Source: Octopus vulgaris (Eukaryota). Taken from it: 64,000 nt of DNA. The stretch spans positions 17,670,001-17,734,000 of the forward strand of contig OX597824.1 of the NCBI GenBank assembly GCA_951406725.2, given 5' to 3'. Shown here piece by piece: positions 41,875-54,776 of the stretch (within the stretch, counting starts at the first letter, position 1; each line of letters starts with the position of its first letter). A program made the position numbers and the translations under genes. The notes beneath the pieces were generated by a model. The model searched no databases and had not been told where the DNA came from. It saw only the letters and a list, made by a program, of their open reading frames with translations.

Positions 41875-42480
41875 CAAACTTCCTGTCTCCCTGTTCATCC
41901 TTCCTTCCTTTCTGCAACCTTAAGCATGTCTTACTATTACTCTTTGCTGCATCTTTTGGAACCTAGCTGCAAAGCCTTCTCCTGCCAGTCAGATAACTTT
42001 TGTTCTTCTTTTCTGGTTTTGAACTTCGTTTGGTGTTTTTTGGTTTTCCTAAGTCAGCTCTTAATTTACTTCCTTCACTATTACATACATAAGAGCCTAT
42101 ATTTATTCAAGCTAACTCCACGCAGTCTTCTGCTAATATTTAACCTCTTCCACCTTCCTTCCTAGGTAAGTATAGTCTTGCTACTCCTGTCTTTGGGCGG
42201 AGTCCTCCATTCATATTGAATTCCTTCTTAGTTCTTCTCTCTAGCTTTGCTAATTCAGGTTTGTCCAATATTCAAAAGCTGCTGAGTATCTAAGTAAGGA
42301 TACCACCCAAGTATTTACAGCCTTCACTAGATTCGGACTATTTAGCTTTGACTTCATGTGCTTCCTCACCCTTTTGATATACTCTTCAATTTTCGTTTTC
42401 GTGTCTATAGTTAGTACTCTGTCAGATTCTAATACTTCCAGATGCTTATAAATCTCTCCTTCTTTCAGTGATTATAATGT
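41875..42480 (-). mobile_element. Degraded R4/Dong-like reverse transcriptase C-terminal region
   Basis: Minus-strand motifs IYKHLEVLE (YKYLG-like), LVKAVNTWVVSLLRYSA, RLYLPRKEGGRG*ILAEDC. Confidence 0.85.
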
Positions 42481-42992
42481 CTGGTCATCTGGTAACTGGA
42501 TACCTTCGCTGTCGACTATTTGTCCACTTTTCCGGACAGATATTGCTCACTAATCTATTCGCGAGTCAAATAGTCTCGTTAAATCCTTTACCGTTCATTT
42601 CATCGTCAGTTCTGTTCGTCATCGGTTTGTCGTCAGTACTCAAACCAGACTGTCATTCAAATATCTCATTTTGTATATTCTGGTTTCAATTCCTAGTATT
42701 TGTTTCGGCATCGGTACAAATTGCATGCCTGAAAATTGCACAGTTCCTTAACTCAGGAAGACGGGTAAGTGTTGAATCACTACAATGATAGGTTGTTTCA
42801 GGCAGCATTTCGCTAACATACAAAGCATAACTATATCAACATGTAAAGTAAATGAATTAATATATTACGTAAAAGAAAGGTGTACGTAACGTAAAAATAA
42901 TGAATATGTAACGTAAAGAAATTGCTACGTAATGTAAAGAAATAAATTATGTCCCATACAGGAAATACATTTCAGAGATAAAATATAAAATA

Positions 42993-43235
42993 AATGTGCC
43001 CTTTTTGAAAGCCTAGCCAGGCTTATGGGCCCGGTTTCCATGGCGTATGTGTTCCTGAGATTGGATGGGACGCCATTCCATCGCAGTGTTACTAATTTTT
43101 GCCAGCTGAGTGGACTGGAGCAACGTAAAACGAAGTGTTTTGCTCAAGAAAACAACGCGTCGCCCGGTCCAGGAATTGAAACCACACTCTTACGATCCTG
43201 ATGCCGACACCCTAACCACTAAGCCACTCGCCTCC
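42993..43235 (-). mobile_element. tRNA-derived SINE family D (V-domain-like); 3' stub at 48465-48540 and head at 58760-58812
   Basis: Reverse complement ggaggcgagtggcttagtggttaggg...ggtttcaattcc...ttcttgagcaaaacactt...ctccagtccactcagctg...ctgcgatggaatggcgtcccatcca. Confidence 0.82.
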
Positions 43236-44325
43236 ACAAATTCCAGAGATATAACGAAGATAACAATGAGAATATCTTGTATAACTGTCGAGGAAGTGAG
43301 CGGTTGCACTGTAGTAGGTAGACATCTAAGGAAGTTATTCCGCAATGAGATTTGAACTCGTCTTTTTGCGTTACGGATTTCTTATCAACACGGCTATGAC
43401 TATGTATTTTAAAGTTTATTCATTTCGGAAAGAAAGTAATATTAAAAGACCATTTGCATATCAACAACTTGCTATTCCAGACATTCGTCTTAACTATAAA
43501 TCGCTAATAGATTTCCTGGAATAACTCGATATCACGTTTCAAGTAAACATATATATGTTATTGAGATATTATAGTCGACGTTGTATCCATGTTATTAATA
43601 TTGTTCTTATTGTTAGCTTGTAGAATCTACTCATGTTTTCATATTTTTCAATTTATTATATTGCTTTTTTTTTCATTCTTTTTTTTAACATTTTATATTC
43701 ATTAAAATCATTTTCTTGATCAAAGTGCTTTTCCAAAAAAATTTAAATAATTAAATAATGAAGGGATGATTAAAACGGTTTCAATATAAAGTTGAAGAGA
43801 CTCTTAACATTTAAACCATTAATATCAATGAATTAGACTAATCAGTGAATTTAATCTGCTAATTATTACTGTTATTTTTCTTGATATTATGTAAAAGCAT
43901 ATTGTTTAGATGCAGTAGTTATACGATATATATTTTATCTCATATATATGTTTGTACATATATGCATGCGGGCGTACAAACGCACACATATGCATCTATA
44001 TGTGTTATGTGTATATGTGCAAACACAGTCTCTTTCTGAGACGCTCGCTCTTTTTCTCTTTCATTGCTACATACATAGATATATACAGGCAAAAACATCA
44101 ACTGTTACGCACGTTTATGTATACTTCCATATCATGTGAAGTAGTTATCACATTAATTACTGTGAAACAAAGAATTGGACGCAGGAAGCAATGAGAGAAA
44201 TATTTCCTATTTAATAGCAACATCTTGGAATCTTAATGTGTTTTCCGTGTATCATTTTGAAAAGATGTTGGTTTTCGAACACCACGACAGACATACAAAC
44301 ACACACATACATACAGATACATATA

Positions 44326-44431
<106 letters not shown>

Positions 44432-45607
44432 TATATACATATATATATTAGATTATATTTTATTATATAACTATATATTGCATGTTTTTATATTCAAGGG
44501 CTCCCTGTGATTTTTCTTTCAAAGAACGTCTAAAATACATCGAAACCTCGATATCCGCTTATTATTTGCCATTGACAAATTCCATAAAAGATCGCATTCA
44601 GGCAGAATACGATTTTACTCTGCTTCTGTAAGCAGGTCTTCATCGACCTCATAAGTAACATTTGCATGCTTTCATACACACAGAAAGACGGTTTACTACT
44701 TCATTATGCAAATATATCTGGAAATTGAAACAGAAGAATATTACTAAATATAAAACGATATACACATATATTCCACATGCAAAATCAAGTGACGTTCTTT
44801 ATCTTCAGTACCTTGCGTACTAAAAAGCCCCATTAGCAATGAAATTTTCCCTTCGATCAACATTTATTTCTGAATAAATGATTTTTTTAAATATACAGCT
44901 GTATCCAACTGTATGGCTAATCGACAAAAGACAGTAACAAAAGACAATGTTAGTTGAAAATTCATCACTAAACATCATTGGTAGGCCGGCACAGATACAT
45001 CGATTCTAATCCTTTGTTCAAAACTAAAATAAAATCTGTAATGTTATGTTACTCTCTTCTGCAATACATAAGTAGCACCTTCCGGGACAATGAATATAGA
45101 GGAATGCTTTCATTAAGGTACAGATCAGTATTTCAAAATATAAATATCATTTCGGATCCAGCTAGATTTCGATATTTATATAACAGGTAACATTTCTGAG
45201 TACAGAAAAGTCTATTTATATACGTCCTTTGCCAAAATACTTTTTAAAGGATCTTCAATAAAACGCAGCTGTTGAGTAGAAGAAAGACCCTATAATCTCG
45301 TACGAAACTAATATTTTTGAAAACTACATATTTTTGTGGGTTCAGATATATACTTATAAAAGATGATTTTACAACGTTCAGACTGAAAATATTTCTGTTT
45401 ATGATAAGTATGAATGGGGAATGGAGTTTTAATTCCACTGCTACTCATCATAGATTTGTCTGTATTTGTGTCTGTATTTATTATCATCCTAGTGATATAT
45501 TTATGGTTTACAGATGAAAGCTTATCCATATTTTTTCATATAATCAGATTTATCATGTTCCCTAAGCGGCATACACTCAAATTTAGAGGGCATTGTTAGT
45601 CCTTAAA

Positions 45608-45992
45608 TCTCTCTCTATATATATAAACGGCAAAATGTCTATCTGTATGTGTGCGTGCGTGTCCTTTATACAAATCCACAATTTTTCAGTTAGAGGGCTC
45701 GCACTTTCTTATGGTCATTCAAAGCCGTCCAAGGGTGTTTGTGCCCATCTTTACATTTCCCCAGTCACCCCGCAAAGCCATTAAAAAATCAATAGAAGTG
45801 ACTTTTTTGTGAATTTTCTATCCAAAACCCAGTCAAAATGCCCAAAACTTGATACGCCAATTGAATGCCAGCTAGCCGTATGTGATTGGTCAGAGATTTG
45901 GACAGTACTTGCGTGTATGTGCGCACGCACGCACGCAGCTGTATATGCATGCACAACCACTATGACCCGGCGTTGCCGTGTCGTAGTGCTAG
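45608..45992 (+). mobile_element. Non-autonomous Helitron
   Basis: 5' A|TC...TCTATATATATAAA; subterminal hairpin cggc-gtt-gccg; 3' CTAG|T; no TSD. Confidence 0.82.
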
Positions 45993-46793
45993 TCATTTAT
46001 AATTTTTAAAACGTCCCAAGGCGATGACGTGGCAGAATCGTTTGCTCGACGGGCAAAATGTTCAGCGTCTGGTCTATGACACAGACACAAAGAAAAGAAA
46101 GATGATCACATAGTGATTATTGTTCTCTAATTGTACATATCACGCCGTTTTATTATTTATTTCTCTAATTTTCAACGTCTTTTATTTTATCGTACTTTAT
46201 TATCTCTTCTCTGATTTCAAACTTTGTGTTGATACTCTCTCACTTTTTTTTTAACATAAATGAACTCTCCCGCTTTTCTTTTAACTTTGGTATACTCCCC
46301 ATCTTTTCTTCTGACCTAAGTATACTCTCACTTCAGCTTTACTTCTCTCCATTCTTAATGATTTATCCTTTACTTTAAAACACCCTTTTCTCTCCTCGAG
46401 TCTGTCGAGACGCAGTCATCTAACATTACAATTGCATTTATTCAATTCTCTTCTATAATAAACAAACTGTCCTCAAGTTTTTTCACACATCTTATTTACA
46501 TGTGAACAACTTTAGACATCGTTCAACCCCATTCTCACTAAAATATTGTTTTCTATATCACTACCCCACTTTCTTATATTTCTTAGTATTTTCAGTCACT
46601 TATATAACAGAAAAGCCTTGTGTTCCGTTTTTTCTACTTCTTCAGCTTTTTTCCATAAAATTTACTTCAACGTGGTCCGTCATTCGCAGCAGTGAAAGAC
46701 GTACCTCGTACTCTTTCGTTTTTCTGTTTATATTTCTGTCCCACTTATATATGTATATATCTACATTCATATGAGATATATATACTATATATC

Positions 46794-47053
46794 TACATTC
46801 ATATGAGAGGGATGATAACTATGTGGACAACCCTTATGCTAGAAGAAGATCCGCTATGGTCTTAAGACTAAGAAATGTTCTCAAGAAAATTTCGAATCTA
46901 CTTCTAGCATAAGGGTTGTCCACATAGTAGTCATCCCTCTCATATGTATGTAATACAATTTTCTGAACCTTCAGATTTTAACATGCTAGACCACTGGTTT
47001 TAAATTAATGTTAATCAAATTAATATCCAATTTTTCATCCTCATTTTAAATTT
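46794..47053. mobile_element. Fold-back element (arms about 46794-46848 / 46897-46952) with 3' extension to (TA)n
   Basis: catatgagagggatga..actatgtggacaacccttatgctagaag vs cttctagcataagggttgtccacatagt..tcatccctctcatatg. Confidence 0.82.
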
Positions 47054-47337
47054 ATGTATATATATTTACATATTTATTTGGTTATTTTTATAATACTATT
47101 TGTATTTTTTCCATTATTTTTCTACTATCTATCTCTCTCTGTATATAACTTCAGTGTTTTTTTCCAAATTCTTCCTCTTACACAGTACACGTCACTATTT
47201 TTTTCCTGTAAATTAATACAACCATCATATGCATATCTAAATGTAAGCAATATCGTAATTTTATTCAAGCGTTTTATTTCTATTTCAATACCATTTAAAA
47301 TCCAGTTTTAGCATATACGTTATAATAAACACTTTAG

Positions 47338-47373
47338 TTGTTTCGAAAAGCGGTAATGCGAAACCGTGAGCAA
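47338..47373 (+). ncRNA. Degenerate hammerhead-like motif (U3:A8, C4)
   Basis: UUGUU-UCGAAAA-GC-GGUAAU-GC-GAAAC-C-GUG-AGCAA; the GUG triplet would be inactive. Confidence 0.45.
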
Positions 47374-47681
47374 GATACGGTATAAAAATGACAGTTGCAT
47401 TTTTCTGTTATTACACATACACACACATATATATATACATACATGCGTGTATGTTTTTTTTTTGTCAGTGTGTGTAAATAATATTAGCAACAGACGAAAT
47501 ATTGTGTAACACTATCCGTACTGTATTTATAAATAGACGCGTAAGCCTGTCAACACGTTTCTTCGCAATTCGATAGATAAACGTTACAGTTGATGTTTAC
47601 ATATAGCACTTCCATTGCTCAAATCGGACATAGACGTAAAACATACATACATACATATATACATATATATGCATAGAGATA

Positions 47682-47740
<59 letters not shown>

Positions 47741-48071
47741 TATGTGTGTGTTTCTGCGACTATCGATATATGCGGCTTGTCTAGAATGGGTGACGTATGT
47801 ATGAGTTATTAATATTCTTCTCTAGAAGTTCTTTTTCTTTTTTGTCGCCAATACGAATGAAGAGATTAAGAAGTTATTGAAAACTAACATGATAAAACAA
47901 TAAGCCATATTAAAGATATTTTGAAAACACGCTTAGAACGCGCAGACACTCGACTTGGATACATAAACACAAATACAAACGCATTCACACAGATATTTAT
48001 ATACAGATGTACGTATGCTTGAGTATATAAACATGTGTGCGTGTACACAGACATACCTACACACATATATA

Positions 48072-48294
48072 TTCTTTTATTCTTTATTTGTTTCAGTCAT
48101 TTGACTGTGGCCATGCCTTTAGTCGATAAGCACCGCCTTTAGTCGATCAAATCGACCCCAGGACTTATTCTTTGTAAGCCTAGTACTTATTGTATCGGTC
48201 TCTCTTGCCGAACCGCAAAGTGGCGGGGACGTAAACACACCACCATCGGTTGTCAAGCGATTTTGGGGGGACAAAACAGACACACAAACGTATA

Positions 48295-48376
<82 letters not shown>

Positions 48377-48460
48377 CGACGGGCTTCTTTCAGTTTCTGT
48401 CAACAAAATTCACTCACAAGGCCTTGGTGCGCCCGAAGCTATAGTAGAAGACACTTGCCC
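48072..48460 (-). mobile_element. SINE family B, 5'-truncated
   Basis: Match to family B including the internal (CA)n(TA)n. Confidence 0.9.
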
Positions 48461-49082
48461 ATGGTGGGGAATTTCTACACCTTTGAAACCGGGAAAGCGG
48501 ACCCATGAACCTGGCTAGGCTTTAAAAGGGCGAATTTATTTTTATATATTTATATGTGTATGTACTGATACATATGAATGTGTGTCCGTGAATGTGGGTA
48601 TGGGTGAGTGTATAATACGCACACACATGTATACTGGATGGGCAGGTATATGGATGGAAATTTCAGTATATAAATCAAGAGAAACCTACATTAAGAAATC
48701 TTTTATCTTTTAACATTTTTTCCCTCTGGTGTATTATCGACTTTAATATTACTGATGATTAGAATCTATAAGCCTAAAATAAAATATGAGGTAGTCCTTG
48801 TGAGTTTACACACCAGCTACAGTCGTTAATGTGAAACCAGGTATTTCAGAGGACGCTCTTATCCGTGTTCAGGTTTAGGGAAGATCCGGTGTTGATCTGG
48901 CAATTCGAATCGAAAGAAAGACAGCAGATCCAGAAAATCATCAATGGGGGTTCTAAAGGATTGTTAAGGATCCTTCCTGGAACCTTTCACGCAGCAGAAT
49001 TCGCTGTGAGACATCCTCGCACCAAAAGACCGCTTAATCATCCTATATTATGAAGGAGGCACAGTACATATCGGACAATACT

Positions 49083-49313
49083 TATTTCTTTACTACCCAC
49101 AAGGAGCTAAACACAGAGGGGACAAAGAAGGACAGAAAAACGGATTAAATCGATTACATCGACCCCACTGCGTAACTGGTACTTATTTAATCGACCCCGA
49201 AAGGATGAAAGGCAAAGTCGACCTCGGCGGAATTTGAACTCAGAACGGAACGGCAGACGAAATACCGCTAAGCATTTCGCCCGGCGTGCTAACGATTCTG
49301 CCAGCTCGCCGCC
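49083..49313 (-). mobile_element. Young full-length SINE family A with 16-bp TSD
   Basis: catatcggacaatact at 49067-49082 and 49317-49332. Confidence 0.95.
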
Positions 49314-49775
49314 GTTCATATCGGACAATACTGTAGTGAACATGAGAAACATATGACAATGATCATATTGTAGACTCCTAGATCACGTGATTTAAATGCT
49401 GTGACATAATAAGTCGGGAGCGCCGTCCAAGAGGTGACATGTGTTAAGCACAAACAAGGAGGCGCATCTACGATATGACTCGTAGGCATCCAGTTGCGTC
49501 TGTGGTAGAATCGGTAACGTCATTTGGGTTACCGACGGTTTCGGTGGATGGCTTATCTTTCGTTATGACTATCTTGTTGAATATGTGTGCCAAATTTCTT
49601 TCAGCAGCGTGTTTTATTTTCGTCTTTTGTGTGTTTGTTTTAGTTTGTTTTGTTCATTCTCGTTTGCCTGACGCACCCTGATCTGCTTGCATGTGGTTGA
49701 ATGCACGCGTGTGAGTTTTAGCATACATATATACGGGTGAAATGTGATATTTATTAAAATTTGTCACTTAAGTGC

Positions 49776-49815
<40 letters not shown>

Positions 49816-50744
49816 AGGGAGAAAGATAGCTAGATAAAGAGAGAAAGGGTGAAAGAAAGAGAGAGAAAGAGGTTAAAGAGATAGAGAGAGGGAGAGAGAG
49901 AAAAAGAGCGGATGACGTTTTATTTCCAGCGTAAATTCGGGAGCTGCCACGTTGATAATATCGATACGTTCGAAAAACTTTTAAGGAAATTGAACTTTTA
50001 ATCCAGGCCGTGCAGCGTTGCTGTATATCGTCTTCCATTATTATCACATTGAAATTTGTTCGCAAATATATGTGCTCAAACATTGATCAGATACCGAGAG
50101 GCCTCACCCAGGTAACAATATATGCCAATACGTAATATATTGGTGTACCATCGGAAACTAAACCTAAACCCTTCCAAAATTACTTCATACAGTAATTTTT
50201 GGACAGAGTGAATCCGAAACCTATCAAAACAAGGATATTCTAAAAGTAGCTGAATAAGAGTTCCATGTATGGAAATTTGAAAGCGAATATATAAAGGGCA
50301 ATTTTGCTCGAGGCCATCATGCTTATATTATATGACAGCTCATCTGATTTTGTCTACCGCCATTCTAACGGCCTCAAATTTTTGAAGAACAACATTACTG
50401 TGGCATATAATTAAACTGCAGGAATTTTTCGCAATATTTTGTTTTTATACCGCAAAAATTAAGATTCGGATATACAAGAATGACGGATAGACAACACGAA
50501 TTTAGTTATGGCGACTTGGCAACGCGTCAGTCATAAAAAATGCCGACACTTACATAGATACATAGATATCATGATATTCACAATGCTGCAAATATCGCAT
50601 AAGAGATAGCAGCTGTAAATTTTCGATATTCTGGGAACTTAAGTCTTAGTTGAGGTGTCTCAATATCCATTAAGTAAAGCAGGGTACTTGGTGAAAAGTT
50701 TCTATTGAATATTACCAGAGTACCTCACAAGAAGGTGGTACATA

Positions 50745-51162
50745 CTCTTAACTCTTTTAGTTGTTTCAGTCATTTGACTGCGGCCATGCTGGAGCACCGT
50801 CTTTAGTCGAGCAAATCGACCCCAGGGCATATTCTTTGTAAGCCTAGTACTTATTCTAACGGTGTCTTTTGCCGAACCGCTAAGTGACGGGGACGTAAAC
50901 ACACCAGCGTAGGTTGTCAAGCGATGTTGAGGGACAGACACAGATACACAAACATATACGTACACACACACACGCATACATATATATATACATATATACA
51001 CCGGGCTTCTTTCAGTTTCTGTCTACCAAATCCACTCACAAGGCATTGGTCGGCCCGGGGATATAGTAGAAGAAACTTGACCAAGGTGCCATGCAGTGGG
51101 ACTGAACCCGGAACCATGTGGCTGGTAAGCAAGCTACTTACTACACAACCACTCCTGTGCCT
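50745..51162 (-). mobile_element. SINE family B, full length
   Basis: Match to 60134-60546. Confidence 0.93.
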
Positions 51163-51512
51163 ATGTCACAAATTTTAGTGGGAAATTGGGCGCATATTAT
51201 GAAACGATTGAATGTGTGTGCGTGCATGTATAAAACTACATATACGCACCCCCATATACTCACACGTCAACATATAACACACACCCCACCCCTGTTTTCC
51301 CCACTCTCACATCCTCCCACCTCCAAACATAATCACACCACAGTACATACCAGTACACCATACACCACGATACTACTACACAACACCACACCACATCACA
51401 TGACACCACCACGCACACACTATCACTGACCACTTCCTAACCCCACATCCCCCTCCATATATATATATATATATATATGTATTAGGGTGAAAAGGAACGC
51501 ACGAGTTGATAT

Positions 51513-51779
51513 ATATGAAAAAACAAGTCAAGATAGAAAAGTTGTTTTAAAGGAATATTTGTATAGTGTTCAAATATAAGTGGCATTTGCCTTTTTTCTG
51601 GGAAAATGCCACTTATATTTGAACACTATACAAGTATTCTTTTAAAAAAAAACATTTCTTTTAATTTTTCTAAATTTAATTATTTAATCGTTACAGTTGA
51701 AAAGGTCTCAAAATGACCGAAACCGGTACTGAAATGTTCTTTATAAAATTATTTTAACATTTTCTATCTTGACTTGTTT

Positions 51780-51786
<7 letters not shown>
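51513..51786. mobile_element. Fold-back Penelope-like element; right arm carries a U3:A8 hammerhead (51694-51731, +)
   Basis: Terminal arms atatgaaaaaacaagtcaagatagaaaa / ttttctatcttgacttgttttttcatat; inner arms about 51545-51587 / 51605-51647; CAG-UUGAAAA-GGUC-UCAAAAU-GACC-GAAAC-CG-GUA-CUG. Confidence 0.85.
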
Positions 51787-51834
<48 letters not shown>

Positions 51835-51989
51835 GTGAAATAGAAAGATGAATAATCTTGTGCAGATTAATCAAAAGTTTAACCGATACCTTGGTAGCAA
51901 AAACACAGCAGAAGAAAGCACGGTTGGAGGTACAACCATATGGTGTTGCAACCGTGCGTTGGTGCGGATAATTGAATTTTTCCTATTTC

Positions 51990-52069
51990 TTCCTGAAGAG
52001 AAAGACACAATATGGGCTCCTTATTCAATCGGAATTTGGTAAATTGTGGCTTTGGAAACACGTGTAGAA
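51990..52069 (+). ncRNA. Type I hammerhead with long stem II, in (TA)n-bounded fragment 51831-52130
   Basis: UUC-CUGAAGA-GAAAGACACAAU...AUUGUGGCUUUG-GAAAC-ACGU-GUA-GAA; palindromic stem III ACACGUGU; AATAAA just downstream. Confidence 0.72.
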
Positions 52070-53121
52070 TGCAATAAAAGGATTTCTGTTCAATCTTCGT
52101 TCAACTCCATTTCTTCAATTCACTAATAATATATATATAAATATATATTTGCATTCCTGCACAAAGGCATGCATACGTACTTGCATATATTGTACATATA
52201 TACATTAACAGTCCAACAAACAATACACATAGGTAGGGGAACATTTAGTCATTCAAAAGTGCACAACTGTTTAATTTGTCTTAATCATTCATTATTTATA
52301 GTGACAGATTTTGTGGGATTCTCAACGACCTGCCTACTGGTCTGCCAGTAAAGCTGTTCGCAAATTTAACAGAACTCAGGCCTCTTAAAAATGAATTTTT
52401 CTACCTCAACCCTATAGGAAATTAATTCCGGTCGTCCTAAATTAACCTATATAGCTGAGTGAAAAAGAATGTTTCTTAATAACTTAAGGCGGATATCCAC
52501 TGCGCGACAGCCCTGTCTGAGAACAATTGCCGTTAGGCTTTGAGTAACCATGATGTAATGGGGTCGTGAACAATATCTCAGAAGGCCTTTCGTGGTACTC
52601 TTAAATTTAGGAACATTACAGCACCCGTCGTGTATATATATAATTACATATAAGAGGAAGAAATTAATTTAGATGCATAACATATCATGAAAATTGTTAT
52701 TGCTTACTTGAAAAATTGTTGCCATTTTGGGATTTGTTTTCCATGTTATGGATGTCCGTATTATCATTAGTAGTAGTATTGCTACCATTTTACCAATTCT
52801 TCATTTCTGACTGACTTTCTGTTAGAAATGAGATTTTCTTCCGCTCAATTTTATCGGTAGCATAAATCAGCTTCCGCTATATTCACTCGAAGCTCAATTT
52901 GCAAGAAAATCACAATGCTGAACACTGCTTGTGATAGTCACTTCCTCTCTATCTCTCTCTCTCTCTCTCATGGGGGTATCGCAAAAGAAATCTCTCCGTC
53001 ATCCGATTATCCATCTCAAGCCGCTTATTCTAGATTTAGATTTAGTAGAGTTATAACTATCTTATTTCGTCTTTTGTATATATTCGGTGTTTCTTTTACA
53101 TTTTTTGTTCTTCCCCAGTTG

Positions 53122-53428
53122 TTATACGGTGTTTGTATCTAACCATATATGTATGCATCTGTGTAAGTATATATGTATATATATGCTTACATAAATATGT
53201 GTTAGTGTTTATAAAGATATATATATACATACATATTTCAATATGTAATTATATAATTACACACACACACACATATTATACGGTGTTTGTATTTAACCAT
53301 ATATGTATGCATCTGTGTAAGTATATATGTATATATATGCTTACATAAATATGTGTTAGTGTTTATAAAAATATATATATACATACACATTTCAATATGT
53401 AATTATATAATTACACACACACACACAT
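53122..53428. repeat. 154-bp tandem duplication
   Basis: ttatacggtgtttgtat... at 53122 and 53276, few mismatches. Confidence 0.93.
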
Positions 53429-53444
53429 ACACATATATTTATAA

Positions 53445-54136
53445 ACTTTTACACTTTTTAGTCATTTGACTGTGGCCCTGCTGAAGCACCACTTTTAGTC
53501 TAAGAAATCGAACCCAAGACTTATTCTTTGTAAGCCTGGTACTTATTCTAGCGATCTCTTTTGCCGAACCGCTAATTTTCGGGGACAGCAACACACCAAC
53601 ATCGGTTGTTAAACGATAGGGAGGGTGTGACAAACACAGACACACAAACATATACATACATACATACATACATACATACATACATACATACATACATACA
53701 TACATACATACATTATTATGGCTGCCCCCTCGTTATCGAGTATGGCCATTGCACGAAGCTTAACTGTTACTGGTGCTGTGATCGAATGTGACTTTTTAGC
53801 CCAGCCAAAGATCTACAATGTCTTGTACAAAATTGGCAGCTAAAACCTTTACAGGTAATAATAGCCGGCTGTAGTTGTAACTGGGCTTCATGTACCTTTG
53901 CATGTCGTTTAAGTCCTGCCGAATTACAGTCTCTTCCACATGCCCGACAGATATGATTAGTATGGTGTGTTACAATACCACCAGTGGCCAGGTTGTCACT
54001 TATCTGTCTCGTTTTATGACTACGAAGATGACACATGAGTCCAGCTTTACTGAGGCAGGGTCTTGCAATACATACATACATACAAACATACATACATACA
54101 TACATACATACATACATACATACATACATACATACA

Positions 54137-54172
<36 letters not shown>

Positions 54173-54338
54173 CGAGGGGCTTTCAGTTTTCGCCTACGAA
54201 ATCCACTCACAAGGGTTTGATTGGCACAAGGCTATAGTAGAAAACATTAGACCAAGATGCCACGCAGTGGGACTGAAACAGCAACGGTCTGTGTGTGTTG
54301 GGTGGAGAAAGCTTCTTACCACTCAGCCACGCCTGCGC
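53445..54338 (-). mobile_element. SINE family B split by an insertion in its internal (TATG)n
   Basis: 3' half 53445-53650, 5' half 54170-54338, (TACA)n on both sides of the insert. Confidence 0.88.
53713..54068 (-). mobile_element. 3' end of RTE-like LINE encoding C2H2 zinc fingers
   Basis: RPCLSKAGLMCHLRSH...ICRACGRDCNSAGLKRHAKVH...FSCQFCTRHCRSLAGLKSHIRSQHQ*, then a short 3' stem-loop (ctcg-ataa-cgag) and (TATG)n; identical 3' stub at 56695-56748. Confidence 0.8.
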
Positions 54339-54438
54339 TTAGCTTCTTACCACGCGGACATGAAATTAAACAACAAAACCAGCGTGAAATTTGTAGGACA
54401 TTTATTAAGAGATAGGTGGTCCTCTGGATATCAAAACA

Positions 54439-54495
<57 letters not shown>

Positions 54496-54592
54496 TTTAT
54501 ATACAAACATTTGCATATATCTATACTTACATGCATACATATCTGTGTAGAGATATGTGTATGTTTATATAAAATATAGAAGTATAAAAAAA

Positions 54593-54729
54593 GGCGGCGA
54601 GCTGGCAGAAACGTTAGCATGCCGGGCGAAATACTTAGCAGTATTTCGTCTGCCGCTACGTTCTGAGTTCAAATTCTGCCGAGGTCGACTTTGCCATTCA
54701 TGCTTTTGGGGTCGATAAATTAAGTACCA
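54593..54729 (+). mobile_element. 3'-truncated SINE family A
   Basis: ggcggcgagctggcagaaacgttagc...ggggtcgataaattaagtacca. Confidence 0.9.
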
Positions 54730-54740
54730 TCTACACACAC

Positions 54741-54776
<36 letters not shown>

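Noticed and set aside
48745-48850. CUGAUGA...GAAACCAGGUA as a hammerhead; tgaggtagt as let-7-like
   Set aside because: No stem I or stem II pairing; no miRNA hairpin.
53767-54210. Host C2H2 zinc-finger gene
   Set aside because: 5'-truncated at a microsatellite, lacks TGEKP linkers and has a retroposon 3' tail duplicated elsewhere; better explained as a LINE end.
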